DNA from: Azolla caroliniana
Lineage: Eukaryota; Plantae; Polypodiophyta
Reading direction: 5' to 3'
Length of the DNA: 64,000 nucleotides
NCBI GenBank assembly: GCA_043228905.1
Contig: JBHGNT010000015.1
Location: 13,516,001-13,580,000, forward strand
Positions 13,241 to 25,200 of this stretch are shown one piece after another. The notes under the pieces are model-generated. The model had not been told where the DNA came from, searched no databases, and saw only the letters and a program-made list of their open reading frames with translations. The position numbers and the translations under genes were made by a program. How positions within the stretch are numbered: the stretch's first letter is position 1; every line of letters starts with the position of its first letter.

Positions 13241-14275
13241 TGTCAAGAATAGTATCGAGACAAAGAGGAAATTAGTACTAAGAGATGAATATTAGTACTA
13301 ACAATGGGCACGGTTCGGTTTTAAGGCAAAGAAACCGAACCGAACCGAAGCCAAACCATTTATTTAAAACAAAAACAAAACCAAACCGTTTATGAACTCT
13401 CAGTATTTAAACCAAACCATTTAAGAAAAAGTTGAAACCAAACCATTTAAAACCAAACCGTTTAGGGAAAAGTTAAAACCAAGCCGAACCATTTAATAAA
13501 AAATTTAAACCTAACCAGTTAAATAAAACTAATTAAACATCTAAATAAACAAAAATACATCAAATTAAATAAGCATTTAAGTTAAATTTAATAAATCAAT
13601 AAAAGAAACTTTAATTGAACCATTAAATTAAATAAACAATTAAGTTAAATTAATTAAATCAATAAAAAACCATTAAATCAATAAACTATTAAGGTAAAAA
13701 AAAAGATAACCAAAAACCTATAAACCCTTAAACCAAACCTATAAACCTATAAACCTAAGTTTTAGAACCGAACCGAACCGAACCCGAACCGAACTAAAAC
13801 CGAACCGTTCATCGAAAATCCAAACCAAACCACACCATTAAAATTTTTTAGAACCAATAATCCGTTAAACCATGGCTTAACGGTTCGGTTCGGTTTGAGC
13901 CGAAACCATGCCCCTTGCTAATTAGTACTAAGAGGAAAAGAGGGTGTAGAACATGAGAGAGAGAGAGAGAGAGAGAGAATGATGATAACAACGATATATT
14001 ATGTGAAAACAATATACAAGGATGGCTAGGAGCCTTAAGACTGACGTTGAAATGATTTGGTTCGAAATAATGCCTTGTGCCTCCTTTTATAGAGTTCTCA
14101 GGAGTACTCCTAAAGTTTGTAGAATGTTCTAGAGAAATCTAGAATATACATCAATTTTCTATAGTAAAACTTAAATGAAAATAATATCTTTTGTATTACA
14201 ACATATAGTCTAATGCTCAAGAGCTCAACCCATGTAACATAAGGTCATGGGTTCAAGTCTTGCCATATCATGACA
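13241..14275 (-). mobile_element. Solo LTR of the Gypsy family whose 5' LTR is at 32026-32414
   Basis: TG...CA ends; reverse-complement match to 32026-32414 including the (GA)n tract; flanks aatgg/aatga (4/5 TSD). Confidence 0.88.
13299..13920. mobile_element. hAT-type MITE inserted in the solo LTR
   Basis: Imperfect TIRs TAACAATGGGCACGGTT / AACCATGCCCCTTGCTA; 8-bp TSD ATTAGTAC on both sides; many subterminal AACCG repeats. Confidence 0.88.
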
Positions 14276-14508
14276 AATGAAAAGATATGTTTTCTAAAAA
14301 AAATAATATTATGTGAATAGCCTAAACTATGAAAGAGCCTCTTGACAACTTGTATATAAATACAATTTAAATACTTAAACATTTTGTTTAAGAAGTGAGG
14401 AAATGCACCCGTGAAATAAACTAAAACTTTAAGGATTAATATATAACGAAGTCAAAAGTCAAAGATGAACATTTAATATTCCTCAAATTATACAATTCAC
14501 CATATAAA

Positions 14509-15115
14509 TCAATTTATAAGCAAGTTTGGTATGGTGGGCTCTTTAGGAAGAGTTGATTGTTCTAGATTGTTTTCATTAGCATCGCCTACATGCTCCACTG
14601 AATCTTGTGTATGTTCAGACTCTAATACATCTTCTAGGTCTACAAGGTCCGTGCCTCCTTCTTCATCTATTGGTTCCATTGGTTCTCTTGAAGTTATTTG
14701 GAACCTCTCTTTTTCATTGATATGCTTGACTCCAACTTCGTGATCTTGATGGGGATAGTCCCAGATACCTTGGATCCTCATTTTGATGAACTTTACTTGT
14801 TCAAGGTCCTTCTCCAATGCAACGCAGTTTCGAAACATCTTTAATGCACAAGCTGTAGTAGTACCTGATAGTGGAATGGAAGTGAACAAGTACAAATAAG
14901 AATTATATGAATTTGAGTAAACTTATATTATATACCTGTGCCAGAGAACAAATCTAGAACCAGATCATTTGGGTTTGAGAACAACTTGATAAGACGGTTC
15001 ATTAATCTTTGAGGTTTTTGAGAAGGGTTCACAAGACTCTTATCACCTGAAATATGTCGTAACTTCTTCGTCATAGTTGGGCACATGATATAATTGACCA
15101 CGTTGTGTTCGTTAA
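14509..15115 (-). pseudogene. Last two exons of a second beta-class DNA amino-methyltransferase copy, truncated by a Copia insertion
   Basis: NPSQKPQRLMNRLIKLFSNPNDLVLDLFSGTG|GTTTACALKMFRNCVALEKD; homologous to ~57975-58591 with the same intron inside the FSGTG Gly codon. Confidence 0.9.
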
Positions 15116-17197
15116 TGTTGAGAGACAAGCTCAACATGGGCCGAATCAGCTGACGAAGCTAAGAGCTGGATTGAATGTGGGCTGATCGGCTAGGCCAGGA
15201 TTGGCCGAAGAAGCTAAGAGCCGGATCGGGAGGGAGCCGACAGGTTGATAGTGTTGTCATAAAAGGCCGACTCTTTCCACTTTGTATCCATAGTGTGCAC
15301 ACGTCCTCTATCTAGGGCTTGAGTATATAAGCTCAAACCTTACATTGTAAAGATATACTCGGAGTGTAAGAGTTGTAGACTAAGAGAATAAGAACTTCCA
15401 TTGAAGCTCTAAAACTATGTCCATCTTTTGTTTGTCTTCTTGTTTTACATCTATGTTTCTTGTTGTGAATCTCTTGAAGGTCCTCATACACATTCTTCCA
15501 CATATTTCTTCATGTACTTTCATAAAGTGGTATCAGAGTGACCTCACTGTCAAGCGGCAACGATAAGCAGAGAAGACTGAGAAGGGAAGATATCTGGCTG
15601 AAAGGAAAGACTAGGTGAACAACATCTACTTCTAGTAAAAGAATGGCGACACAGTCCGACATGAGTGTGGAAATTTGGAAGTTTGATGGTAAGAACTTCG
15701 CCCACTAGAAGGAAATGTTGCAAGATGTACTCATCATCCTATGACAAGTTGAAACTATTATGGATGAAATAGCCAGATCTGCCATTCGAATGCATTTGGC
15801 CGAAAGCGTCTATTTCAGCATGGCCAAGGAGACAACAACATTCTCTTTGTGGGAGAAGTTATAGGCGGTGTACGAGAAGAAATCCTCCTCATCAAAGTTG
15901 ATATTGATTCGACAACTATTCAACATGAAGATGAAAGAGACGAACCCAGTTACCTCCCACATTAACACCTTTAGCTGAGTGTGATCTGAACTCTCCTCCC
16001 AAGGGATTAACTTTGAAGAAGAAGTCAAAGCCCTTGCTCTCCTTTTGAGCTTGCCGGCGAGTTGGGAGGTATTCTGCACAACCTTTGTCAATAGTTGTCT
16101 AAATCTAAATCTAGATGAGACGAGCAGACAAGTCCTCACAGAGGACATCAGGCGAAAATCGATGGGCTCACCATCAATGAGTCGGCAGAAGCCCACCACT
16201 CAACCGAGTCGATCAAGCGATTGAGCCGATCAAGAGAACAAGTTGGAAGAATCGGTCGGAACACCAGTCAACCAAGAAAGAGGGGATATCAACAACAGTC
16301 GAAGTCCAGGAATAGTCGATCAAGTGATTTTTGCACTCATTGCTAAAAAACTGGTTACAGTGTTTCCGACTACTAGTCGATCAAGAGGAAAGAGAGCGGT
16401 CAGCAATTTGAGTGGAACTCAGTACGATCTGACGCGAACCGTTCTCCAGATGGCAACCAAATCAATGTTGCCGATGCTTGATCAGGAGAAAATCTCTCTC
16501 TACAGGACTCAATGATTGGAGAAGTCCTATACAATTCACAAGATGCACAAACGTGGCTATTAGACTCTAGTGCCACATTTGATGTGACCCCGAATATAGA
16601 ATGGTTTTCGAACTATTCAGCTGGCGCCAACGGCACAGTCAGACTAGGCAATGGGTAGGAGTGCGCAATCACAGGGATCAGAGAGGTCCTTATCCAATTT
16701 CCAAATGGCAATATTATCACCCTATACCAAATCTGGCATATACCCATGCTGGAAATGAGTCTAGTCTCCATCAATGTGCTTGCCGAAGCTGGGTATAGAA
16801 CAACTCTGAATGAGTGGACATGGATGATTAGCCGAGGAAATCTAAAAATCGGGAATGGATACAAGTACAATAACTTGTATGCACTAATGGCGATTAGTCT
16901 AGAAGGGGCAACAATCAGAACAATAACTTAAACTTATGGCATGGCCGACTTGGCCATATGTCTCAAGCCAGACTGAATCGGCTAATGGCAATCGGCTACA
17001 TCCCGAAGCTCCAGACAAAGATGGACTTCTATGAGCATTGTCGCTATGGGAATTAGGCTCGAAATCCGCACTCTCTCCATTACGAGACCGTACATCAACC
17101 CCTAGAATTGGTCCACACAAATATATGTGGACCGATGCCCGAAAGGTCACTAGGAGGCTCCCGGTACTTGATCACATTCGTAGATGATTGTACACGG
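15116..17197 (+). mobile_element. Truncated, degenerate Ty1/Copia element (5' LTR 15116-15522, PBS-Met 15528-15538, gag-PR-start of INT)
   Basis: TGTTG...TTTCA LTR followed by TGGTATCAGAG; KFDGKNF gag start; WLLDSSATF protease; stops and frameshifts throughout. Confidence 0.85.
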
Positions 17198-17545
17198 TGT
17201 TGAGATGGAATCGTAAATCTCTCTTTGGAAGATACCGAGAATTACACATCTTGAAATGGAGAACATCAAAGAGACAAAATATATAATGCACACTATTTAT
17301 GTGGAAATCCTAAACGGGGAAAACCATAGGAGAACAGATCTTCCACTATACACAGAGAATACAAAGAATGGTTACAACTCTTCTTTGATGCTCAAAGGAT
17401 AACCCCTTAGGATTCTTGGCCGGTTCGCTAAACTCTGCCGCCGCTCTTTCTCTCTCTCGCTACAAGAATTATACACTTTATGTTCTACACACAACAAAAA
17501 TATTTCCCTAATTGTATTTATACTTATACACAAAATGGGTTACCT
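17198..17545 (-). mobile_element. LTR fragment, reverse orientation
   Basis: Begins TGTTGAG exactly where the Copia integrase stops; carries atgtggaaatcct...gaaaacca (reverse U5-type motif); right end unresolved. Confidence 0.5.
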
Positions 17546-17789
17546 ATGCAAAAAGCTACCAGTGATAAAAAGTCATTTTTGCACCATCAATGAAAACATT
17601 AGAATGTTTCAATTATATAAATGAGCACCATAAATGTGCAACATAAATGTCTAGCATAAATGGATATGTGCACCATAAATTATATACCGAATTCCTAGGT
17701 CCATTGTGCATGATCCATTGCCACATGATGTTGGCCATCACTTTGTGACTATTTAGGCTTAGATTACTGCCATTGTTCCTAAACCCTAT

Positions 17790-18290
17790 TGAGTCCACTC
17801 CTCCATTGCCGCCATTCTACACTCAATTGTTGCCATTGTGGGGTCCAAGCATCATTTGCCACTATTTGATCCGATGAAGTTCACTCCTCCATTGCCACCA
17901 TTTTACACTTAGTTGCCGCCACTGTTCGCTCCTATTGAGTTCACTCCTCCATTGCCGCCATTCTACACTCAGTTGCCAATACTGTTCGATCATGGATTGT
18001 TGCCATAGTTCGATTTGACGGAGTTCACTCCTCCTCCACTGCCGCCATTCTACACTCAGTTGTTGCCACTGTGCGTTCCAATCATCATCTTCCATTGCCA
18101 CCATTCTACACTCAGTTGTCGCCATTGTTTGGTCCTACATTGCAATAATTGTTCGAACCAATAGAGTTCACTCCTCCATTGCCGCCATTCTACACTCAGT
18201 TGCTGCCACTGTGCGTTCCAAGCATCATCTTCCATTGTTCGATCGGATGGAGTTCACTCCTCCATTGCCAACATTCTACACTCCATGAGT
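17790..18290. repeat. Tandem repeats with core GAGTTCACTCCTCCATTGCCGCCATTCTACACTCAGTTG
   Basis: About 6-7 degenerate copies with variable spacers. Confidence 0.85.
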
Positions 18291-18379
18291 GCAATTTATG
18301 TTTATTCCTCAAAGGTATGAGATATCAAACATGAATTTTGGGAAGTGAAGATAGATGAAGTAAATAAGGAGAAAACCTA

Positions 18380-18997
18380 GGAGGGCCAAGGAATTCCCCA
18401 ATTGCAATCTCTCCATGTTGTTCGGGGTTATTCTAGGTTGGATGGTCATTGTATTGCGGTTAGAGAATTAACTTGTTTTGCTTCCATTGTGTGCAGGGAA
18501 ATTGGAGGTATTGTTTAAATAAAGTATATATTCAGAATTGGGAGTACCATACATTGAATGATAAGGAAGCAGTTGATGGAGAAACGGAAAATAATGTTGG
18601 CTTCACATATCAGGAATGTGGAGATACTCTGAGCGATGTCTTAAACGTTGGGGATAATTTTGTTGTAAATGCAGAAGAATGCAATTCAGAGGGTGTTGAT
18701 TTCTATATATTGAAGTGCACGGTTTGTAAACATTGTGCAACGAAGAATATTGTAGATGCTTGGGGAAATTTTGTATCTGTCGGGACATTCTACATCAAAG
18801 GTATTTTTTATGCAACACTAGATCATTATGATTATGTGTATATGCTTTTAGAAGACAAACCAATAACGTACATTTACTCTCATTTGGTCGAGCGCATCAA
18901 CATCCCGATGTCGCAATCCAATAGTTGCTCAGGTTTATACACAATTAATGCTAATGTGTATGAATTTATTTACAACAGTATGCCATGGAATTTGTAG
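18380..18997 (+). pseudogene. C-terminal fragment of a DNA transposase (possibly Sola-like)
   Basis: GIPQLQSLHVV...AVRELTCF / CFHCVQGNWRYCLN (one frameshift), a R-x-x-[ST]CFCxxC...C-x-N Cys cluster of the kind seen in DDD transposase C-termini. Confidence 0.45.
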
Positions 18998-21419
18998 CTA
19001 CAAGGAGATCATACCAATTTTCTTGTAAAACAAGCAGAGGACATGTATTGCAAAAGAACAGTTTAATAAAATTGTTTGGGAGACTTTCTTCTTTCTGATA
19101 TACAGTTTTCTTTCCATTCTTGTTTCTTAATAAAATGATTTGGGAGTCTTCTTTTTTATATACAATCTTCTTTCTTAATAAAATCGTGTGTCTGTTTAAT
19201 AAAAAACTTTCTTAATAAAATCGTGTGTCTGTTTAATAAAACACTTTCTTAATAAAATCGTGTGTCTTTTTTATATACAGTCTTATTTCTTAAAAAATAG
19301 TTTAATAAAATCGTTTCAGAGTCTTCTTTCTGATATACAATTATAGTTATTGCAACTTTCAGTCTTAGTGTTTGTTCAATGTGCATAATGACGATTATAC
19401 TGCCTGGAATACATTTTGGCAATGGTTTTATTACTCTCAAGTGAACCATGTACCAGTTTAAACAGTTTTCCTAATTTGAAGAAAAAGTAGCAACATGAAA
19501 TCAGAAATCGTGTACCTACTCTTAAAATTACACAGTAGATAATTTACTCAAAACAAGCGATTTAATTCTTCATTGATTAATCTGTCGTCAAATTACATAT
19601 TTATAATACACCATTGGCAATGTCTACAAAGCGCCTATAAATAGCTAAGCTCTTGTTGGTCAGTGGAACTTCTCTACATATATGATCTGCATACCGAGCT
19701 CGGTATGGAGTCCACAACCATGCAATTAATTCGCAGGTTAATGTTTTCACCAAGTAGTTATCAGGCATTTCCTCTGGTACAATGAGACAGCATCTGCGAA
19801 GGTTGAAGTAATGCTGGAAATGTTCTGTATCCACAATCAACATATTGTGGGCATTATATTCGGGCCAAGTATCCCAAAAATCAGAAAGTCTTTTTAATCT
19901 TGCATTATCCTTCAGCTCACATTTTTCTCGTGTCCACTAACCCTTGAAATGTTGTCGCCACTTGGGGAAGAATCTTTCAACTGTACACACTTCCACACAT
20001 ATGTATGTGGTTTTTCACTCCAAATAAACAAATCAAAGTATTGCACAACCCACTCTAGAAATTGATTTGAGTCCCTCCTTGGCTGCATATATCACACACC
20101 CATAAGGACTTTATCATGCTCCAAGATCAAGGCTCTTCTTTCGTCTTCTAATGTTTTAGGTTTCCATTCCTGCAACTGTGCCTGTGTTACACCAAGTATT
20201 GGTAGCACACGATCAATTTCAATAAACTCAGGTTCTGTCGACACAATTGGTGTTCTTTTCCTCTTCAAAGCCCTGGTCGACTGTGTCATTGGGTCTGGCT
20301 TCACCTTGTATTGTTGTTGTGCAGCCATTGGGCCAGACTTCACACTACTTTGCTCTTGTATAGTCGACTGTATCATCGGTCTTGGCATTACCTCTGTGCA
20401 TGTAGATACTTCTCTAGTCGATATCAGCCCATTAGTGGCACATTATGCATCTACCTGCAAAATCAGAACATTTGTACAACATGCTTGATCTACTTGCGTG
20501 ACCAGATCATTTATGTCAGTTGCTACATCTACTTTCAAGATGGGGTCCTCTAAACATGCAACAAAATCAACAGTTTCCACACTGACATCGGCCTTAGGAG
20601 CAATAGATTCAAACCCTTTAGACTCTGCAACATCAGAAAACACCAACATATTCACACTCACAAAGTAGTTAACAGTCTCACAAAACAACATAATGAACAT
20701 GAAATATTCTGCAACAAAATAATAATATTATCGTAATATCCATCATAGAATTCCATTACATAATGTGGATCAAGCAACAACCAATCTGAGGTTTTACTTG
20801 TCCAAATAGATCATAGAAAATCTTCATAATTTTCTCGGAAAATAGCTCACAATCATATCCCACTAATTAGTAACTGGCAGTAATTAGCTCCAATTCAAGA
20901 GCCCCTTGACCAAGTAATTGGTCTTGTCCTCGATTGTAGTCCCTTCTTCAGGCTTTTTCTAGCTGATTGCCCATTTAGCCTTGCTTCTTTCATCCATTGC
21001 GGAAGTGTGTCCTCCTCCGACAACCTTTCCGTTGCCTCAGGAGCGACTTGCATGTCAACTGTGTCATGTGTTAGCTTTTCAAGTAAAAGTGGAATCTGGT
21101 GGGACATCATCAATAGTTGGGCTCGGCGGGGTTGAATCAAGGTTTTGGGGTTCGAAGAAATGTTGCATTAAGTGTTCAAAAATATTGTTGTTATGAACCT
21201 TAGATTTACATGTTGTTTCCAATATTTCATGGCTTTTCACAACGTTGCCTAATTCAGTACAATCTTCCAAAAGAATAAGGTGGAGCTGATCTGAAGGAAA
21301 TGTGATAGCAGGATTCTTACTTTCAACCACGTTGTCAGCTATCTCCTCGTCGGTTGCGGTGTCATCGGCACTAGACACCTCATGCAACCTCCTTAATCCA
21401 CGAGATTCTACAACAACAT

Positions 21420-22270
21420 GTCAGCTAATTAGCGGCTTCTCTTGTGTTTTTCTATCACCTTAGATTACAGCTAAACATGGTAGCTTGATACCATGATATC
21501 CTAGCTAATTAGCTACATCTTAGCTAAGAATGGGAATAGCTAATTAGCTATTCGACTTAAGTATGGTAGTAGCTAATTAGCTCCTAGACTATAGGCTAGC
21601 AGTAGTTAATTAACTACATCTTAGTTAACAGCAGCTAATTAGCTACCACTTAGCTAATTAGCTACATTATAGCTAATCAACTCCTAGACTATAGGCTGAC
21701 AGTAGCTAATTAGCTACATCTTAGCTAATTAGCTATTCTTCTTAACTATAGCAGTAGCTAATTAGCTACCACTCTTATTGCTTAGCTAATTAGCTGATAG
21801 ACTATAGATTGGTAGGAGCTAATTAACTACATCTTAGCTAATTAGCTCTTTGACTTAAGTATGGTAGTAGCTAATTAGCTACCGCTTAGCTAATTAGCTC
21901 CTAGACTATAGGCTGGTAGTAACTAATTAGCTATTCTTCTTAACTATGGCCGTATCTAATTAGCTACCACTTAGATGTAGCTAATTAACTATTCTTCTTA
22001 ACTATGGTAGTAGCTAATTAGCTACCACTCTTGATATTGCTTAGCTAATTAGCTACATCTTAGCTAATTAGTTGCGAAACTATAGATTGAAAGTAGCTAA
22101 TTAGCTATTCGACTTAAGCAGGGTAGTAGGGAATAGTTAATTAGCTACATTGTAGTAATTAGTTGCTAGACTATAGGTGGGCAGAAGCCAATTAGCTACA
22201 TCTTAGTTAATTAACTATTCTTGTTAACTATGGCAATAGCTAATTAGTTACAACTCTTGATATTGGTTAG
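21420..22270. repeat. Satellite built on the palindrome AGCTAATTAGCT (left part)
   Basis: Dozens of AGCTAATTAGCT cores with short variable spacers. Confidence 0.92.
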
Positions 22271-25200
22271 TGTAAAAGAATACGTGTGCGGAAGCGTATG
22301 AGAAACACAGAGTATACAGTTCGGAGAACTCTGAACACACAGAGATGGAGATGTAGAGAGGGAGAGACTAAGAGAGTAGACAACTCAATTCTATTTCAAA
22401 ATAATGACACTCTATGTACATACACCGTGCTCAGTGAGCACCTTTAATACAAGCCCTGACAATTGGGCTGACACAAGTACTGACAGTACTTGAATGCTCA
22501 TAAATGAGCCTCGATACTCACTCCCAAAATTATTCCTTACAAGGAATATCTCTCTAATGGCCTTTCGGTTCCTCCGATCGGTTTTCGCTCTCATTCGAGT
22601 TGGCTGTCTCCAACTCGTCTTCGGTCTTCTTGCCCTTGATGGATGTATCTCCCCCTGATTTGGCTGCCCTCGGCTCTTCCCTATGATTGCGGCTCTTGCT
22701 TTCTTCTTCAGCTTCTTCAGCCGGTCCATCTCGGTAATCGAATTCTTCATCCGATTCCTCATCTCGGTCACTTCCGCCGTGATGCTTACCTTCGCTCCTT
22801 TCACACTCTTGTCCCTATTCTTCCTTTCTCCCCCTCAAGTTCGGCGTGTCGAGGTGACGCACCCCAAGCGCACCCAAGAACTGCTGTAACTTGTCGAGAC
22901 CAAGAGGTTTTGTGAAGATGTCGGCAATCTGCTGATCAGTCGAAACATGCACCAATTCGACTTCTCCTGAAAGGACCCGCTTGCGGACAAAATGGTAATG
23001 CACCTCAATGTGCTTGGTCCGGGCGTGGAACACGGGGTTTTTCGCAAGGTGGATACTGCTGAGGTTGTCACAATAGATCGTCGTCAGATCAGACACCTCT
23101 ACATGCAGATCCCGTAATAGCCGTTTTAGCCAAATGACTTTGCACACAGCGACAGTCGCCCCTCGATACTCGGCCTCCGTGCTCGACAATGCTACTGTCG
23201 GCTGCTTCTTATTGCTCCATGCGATCGCTGCACTTCCTAACGAGAAGGCGTATCCGGATGTGGATTTACGATCTCTGGCATTTCCGGCCCAATCAGCATC
23301 CGTGTAGCCGACTAACTGTTCGGCTACGCTTGTTCGATATAGCAACGCCATGTCTTTCGTACCGCTTACATATCACAATATCCTTTGCACGCACTGAAAG
23401 TGTTCGGCCGTAGGCTATGACATGAATTGACTGATTAGGCCGACTGGATAACTAAGATCCGGCCGAGTAATCGCCAGATAGATAAGGCTTTTGACAATTT
23501 GTCGGAACCATGTCGGGTCACACTCCTTTCCCGAATCTTGGCGAAGCTTTGCGTTTCTATCTAGAGGGGTCGAGATGGGCTTACAGTTTGCCATTCCGAA
23601 CTTGAAGAGCATATTCAGCGCGTAATGACGCTGGCTGATCAATATGCCTTCGGGGGTACGGATCACTTTGATCTCGAGGAAGTAATGAAGGTCTCCGAGA
23701 TCCTTCATTTCGACTAATGCCACATGTTGAGACTTTACGCGGCAGATTTCTTCTAGATCGACACCGGCGATGACTAAATCATCAACATACAATAGAAGGC
23801 GTACTGGGCCATGTTGACTTTGCCGAACAAATAATGAAGAGTCAGACTTCGATGTCGAAAAACCCATCCTACGCAGCTGTTGCGTAATCTTCGCGTTCCA
23901 CGCTCGCGGGGCTTGCTTAAGTCCGTACAATGACTTCTTCAGTCGGCAAACTACCGAGGTATTTTGTTCGGATAGAAATCCTGGGGGCTATATCATGTAC
24001 ACCTGCTCCTCAAGATCACCTTGCAGGAACGCGTTCTTTACATCCATCTGATGTAAGTGCCACCCCTTTGCCGCTGCTACGGCTAGCAAGACTCCCACGG
24101 TAGTCATCTTTGCGATAGGCGCGAAGGTCTCGTCATAGTCCATGCTGTGCTTCTCCGTGTAGCCTTTTGCTACTAAACGAGCCTTGTAGCGATTGACAAA
24201 GCCATCGGTGTTGTATTTCACCTTATACACCCATCTGCATCCGATCGGCTTTACACCCTTCGGTGCGTTAACTAGGTCCCATGTCTCGTTCTGCGTTAAG
24301 GCGCGCATCTCTTCCTCCATCACGGCACGCCAATTTGCGTCTTTCGCCGCTTCTGCGTAACTCTCCGGCTCACGCACTTCCGCCACTCGCGTCATGTACA
24401 CGTAATGGTGCGCCATGTACTCATTATACCCGTATCTCTTTACGAGGTTCTTCTGGCGGGTGGATCGGCGTAATTCGTGATTACCCGATTTCGTGACCTT
24501 TTCGGTCGATTTCGACCTCTTCCGTGGAGGTTCCTTCTCGATTGGCTCGAGGTCAGATTCACTTCGAACTGACTCCCCACTACCGAAGTCGTATTCCGAC
24601 GTCTTCTTCTTGCCCTTCTCCTTTCGCGTAAACCGTCTCCTCGGTTCTTTACGTGGGGACATCACGGCTGAGTCTCCACTACTTGTCGTCTCACCATCTG
24701 GTTGGCCATCTTGGCCCAACCTTTCATTTGGCCCGCTAAGTCGAAATGAGACCGGACTCTATCTCAGAGCTCTGACGTCCTCATCGTGCGGAGGCATTTC
24801 AGCCTCGCTGATCTCTGGTTCAGAAATCGGATTGGAGGTGAGGTTCAGAGTCGGAGGCAAGTACCAGGACGCGGACTCGTCAAACACAACGTCGCGACTC
24901 ATGCGCGCTTGTTTGGTGCGTGGGTTATAACACTTATAACCCTTCTGCTCATCCGAATAGCCGACCAAGATAGACTTCTCGGCTTTCGCGTCCAGCTTCC
25001 TCCGTTTCTCCTTCGGCACGTGCACATACGCGATGCTGCCGAAAATGCTCAAGTGTGCCAAGTTCGGCTTCTTCCCGAAGTACAGCTCATGTAGCGACAC
25101 TCCTCCATTAGCAGAAGTCCGATTCTGCAGGTCGATGGCTGTCTTTACGGCTTCAGCCCAATAGAATTTTGGCATATGCTTCTCTTCAAGCATTGCCCTG

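Noticed and set aside
17790-18290. CRISPR-like array or Trp/Gln-rich protein (ORF 17862-18125)
   Set aside because: Degenerate tandem repeat with related spacers; the ORF is a by-product of the repeat.
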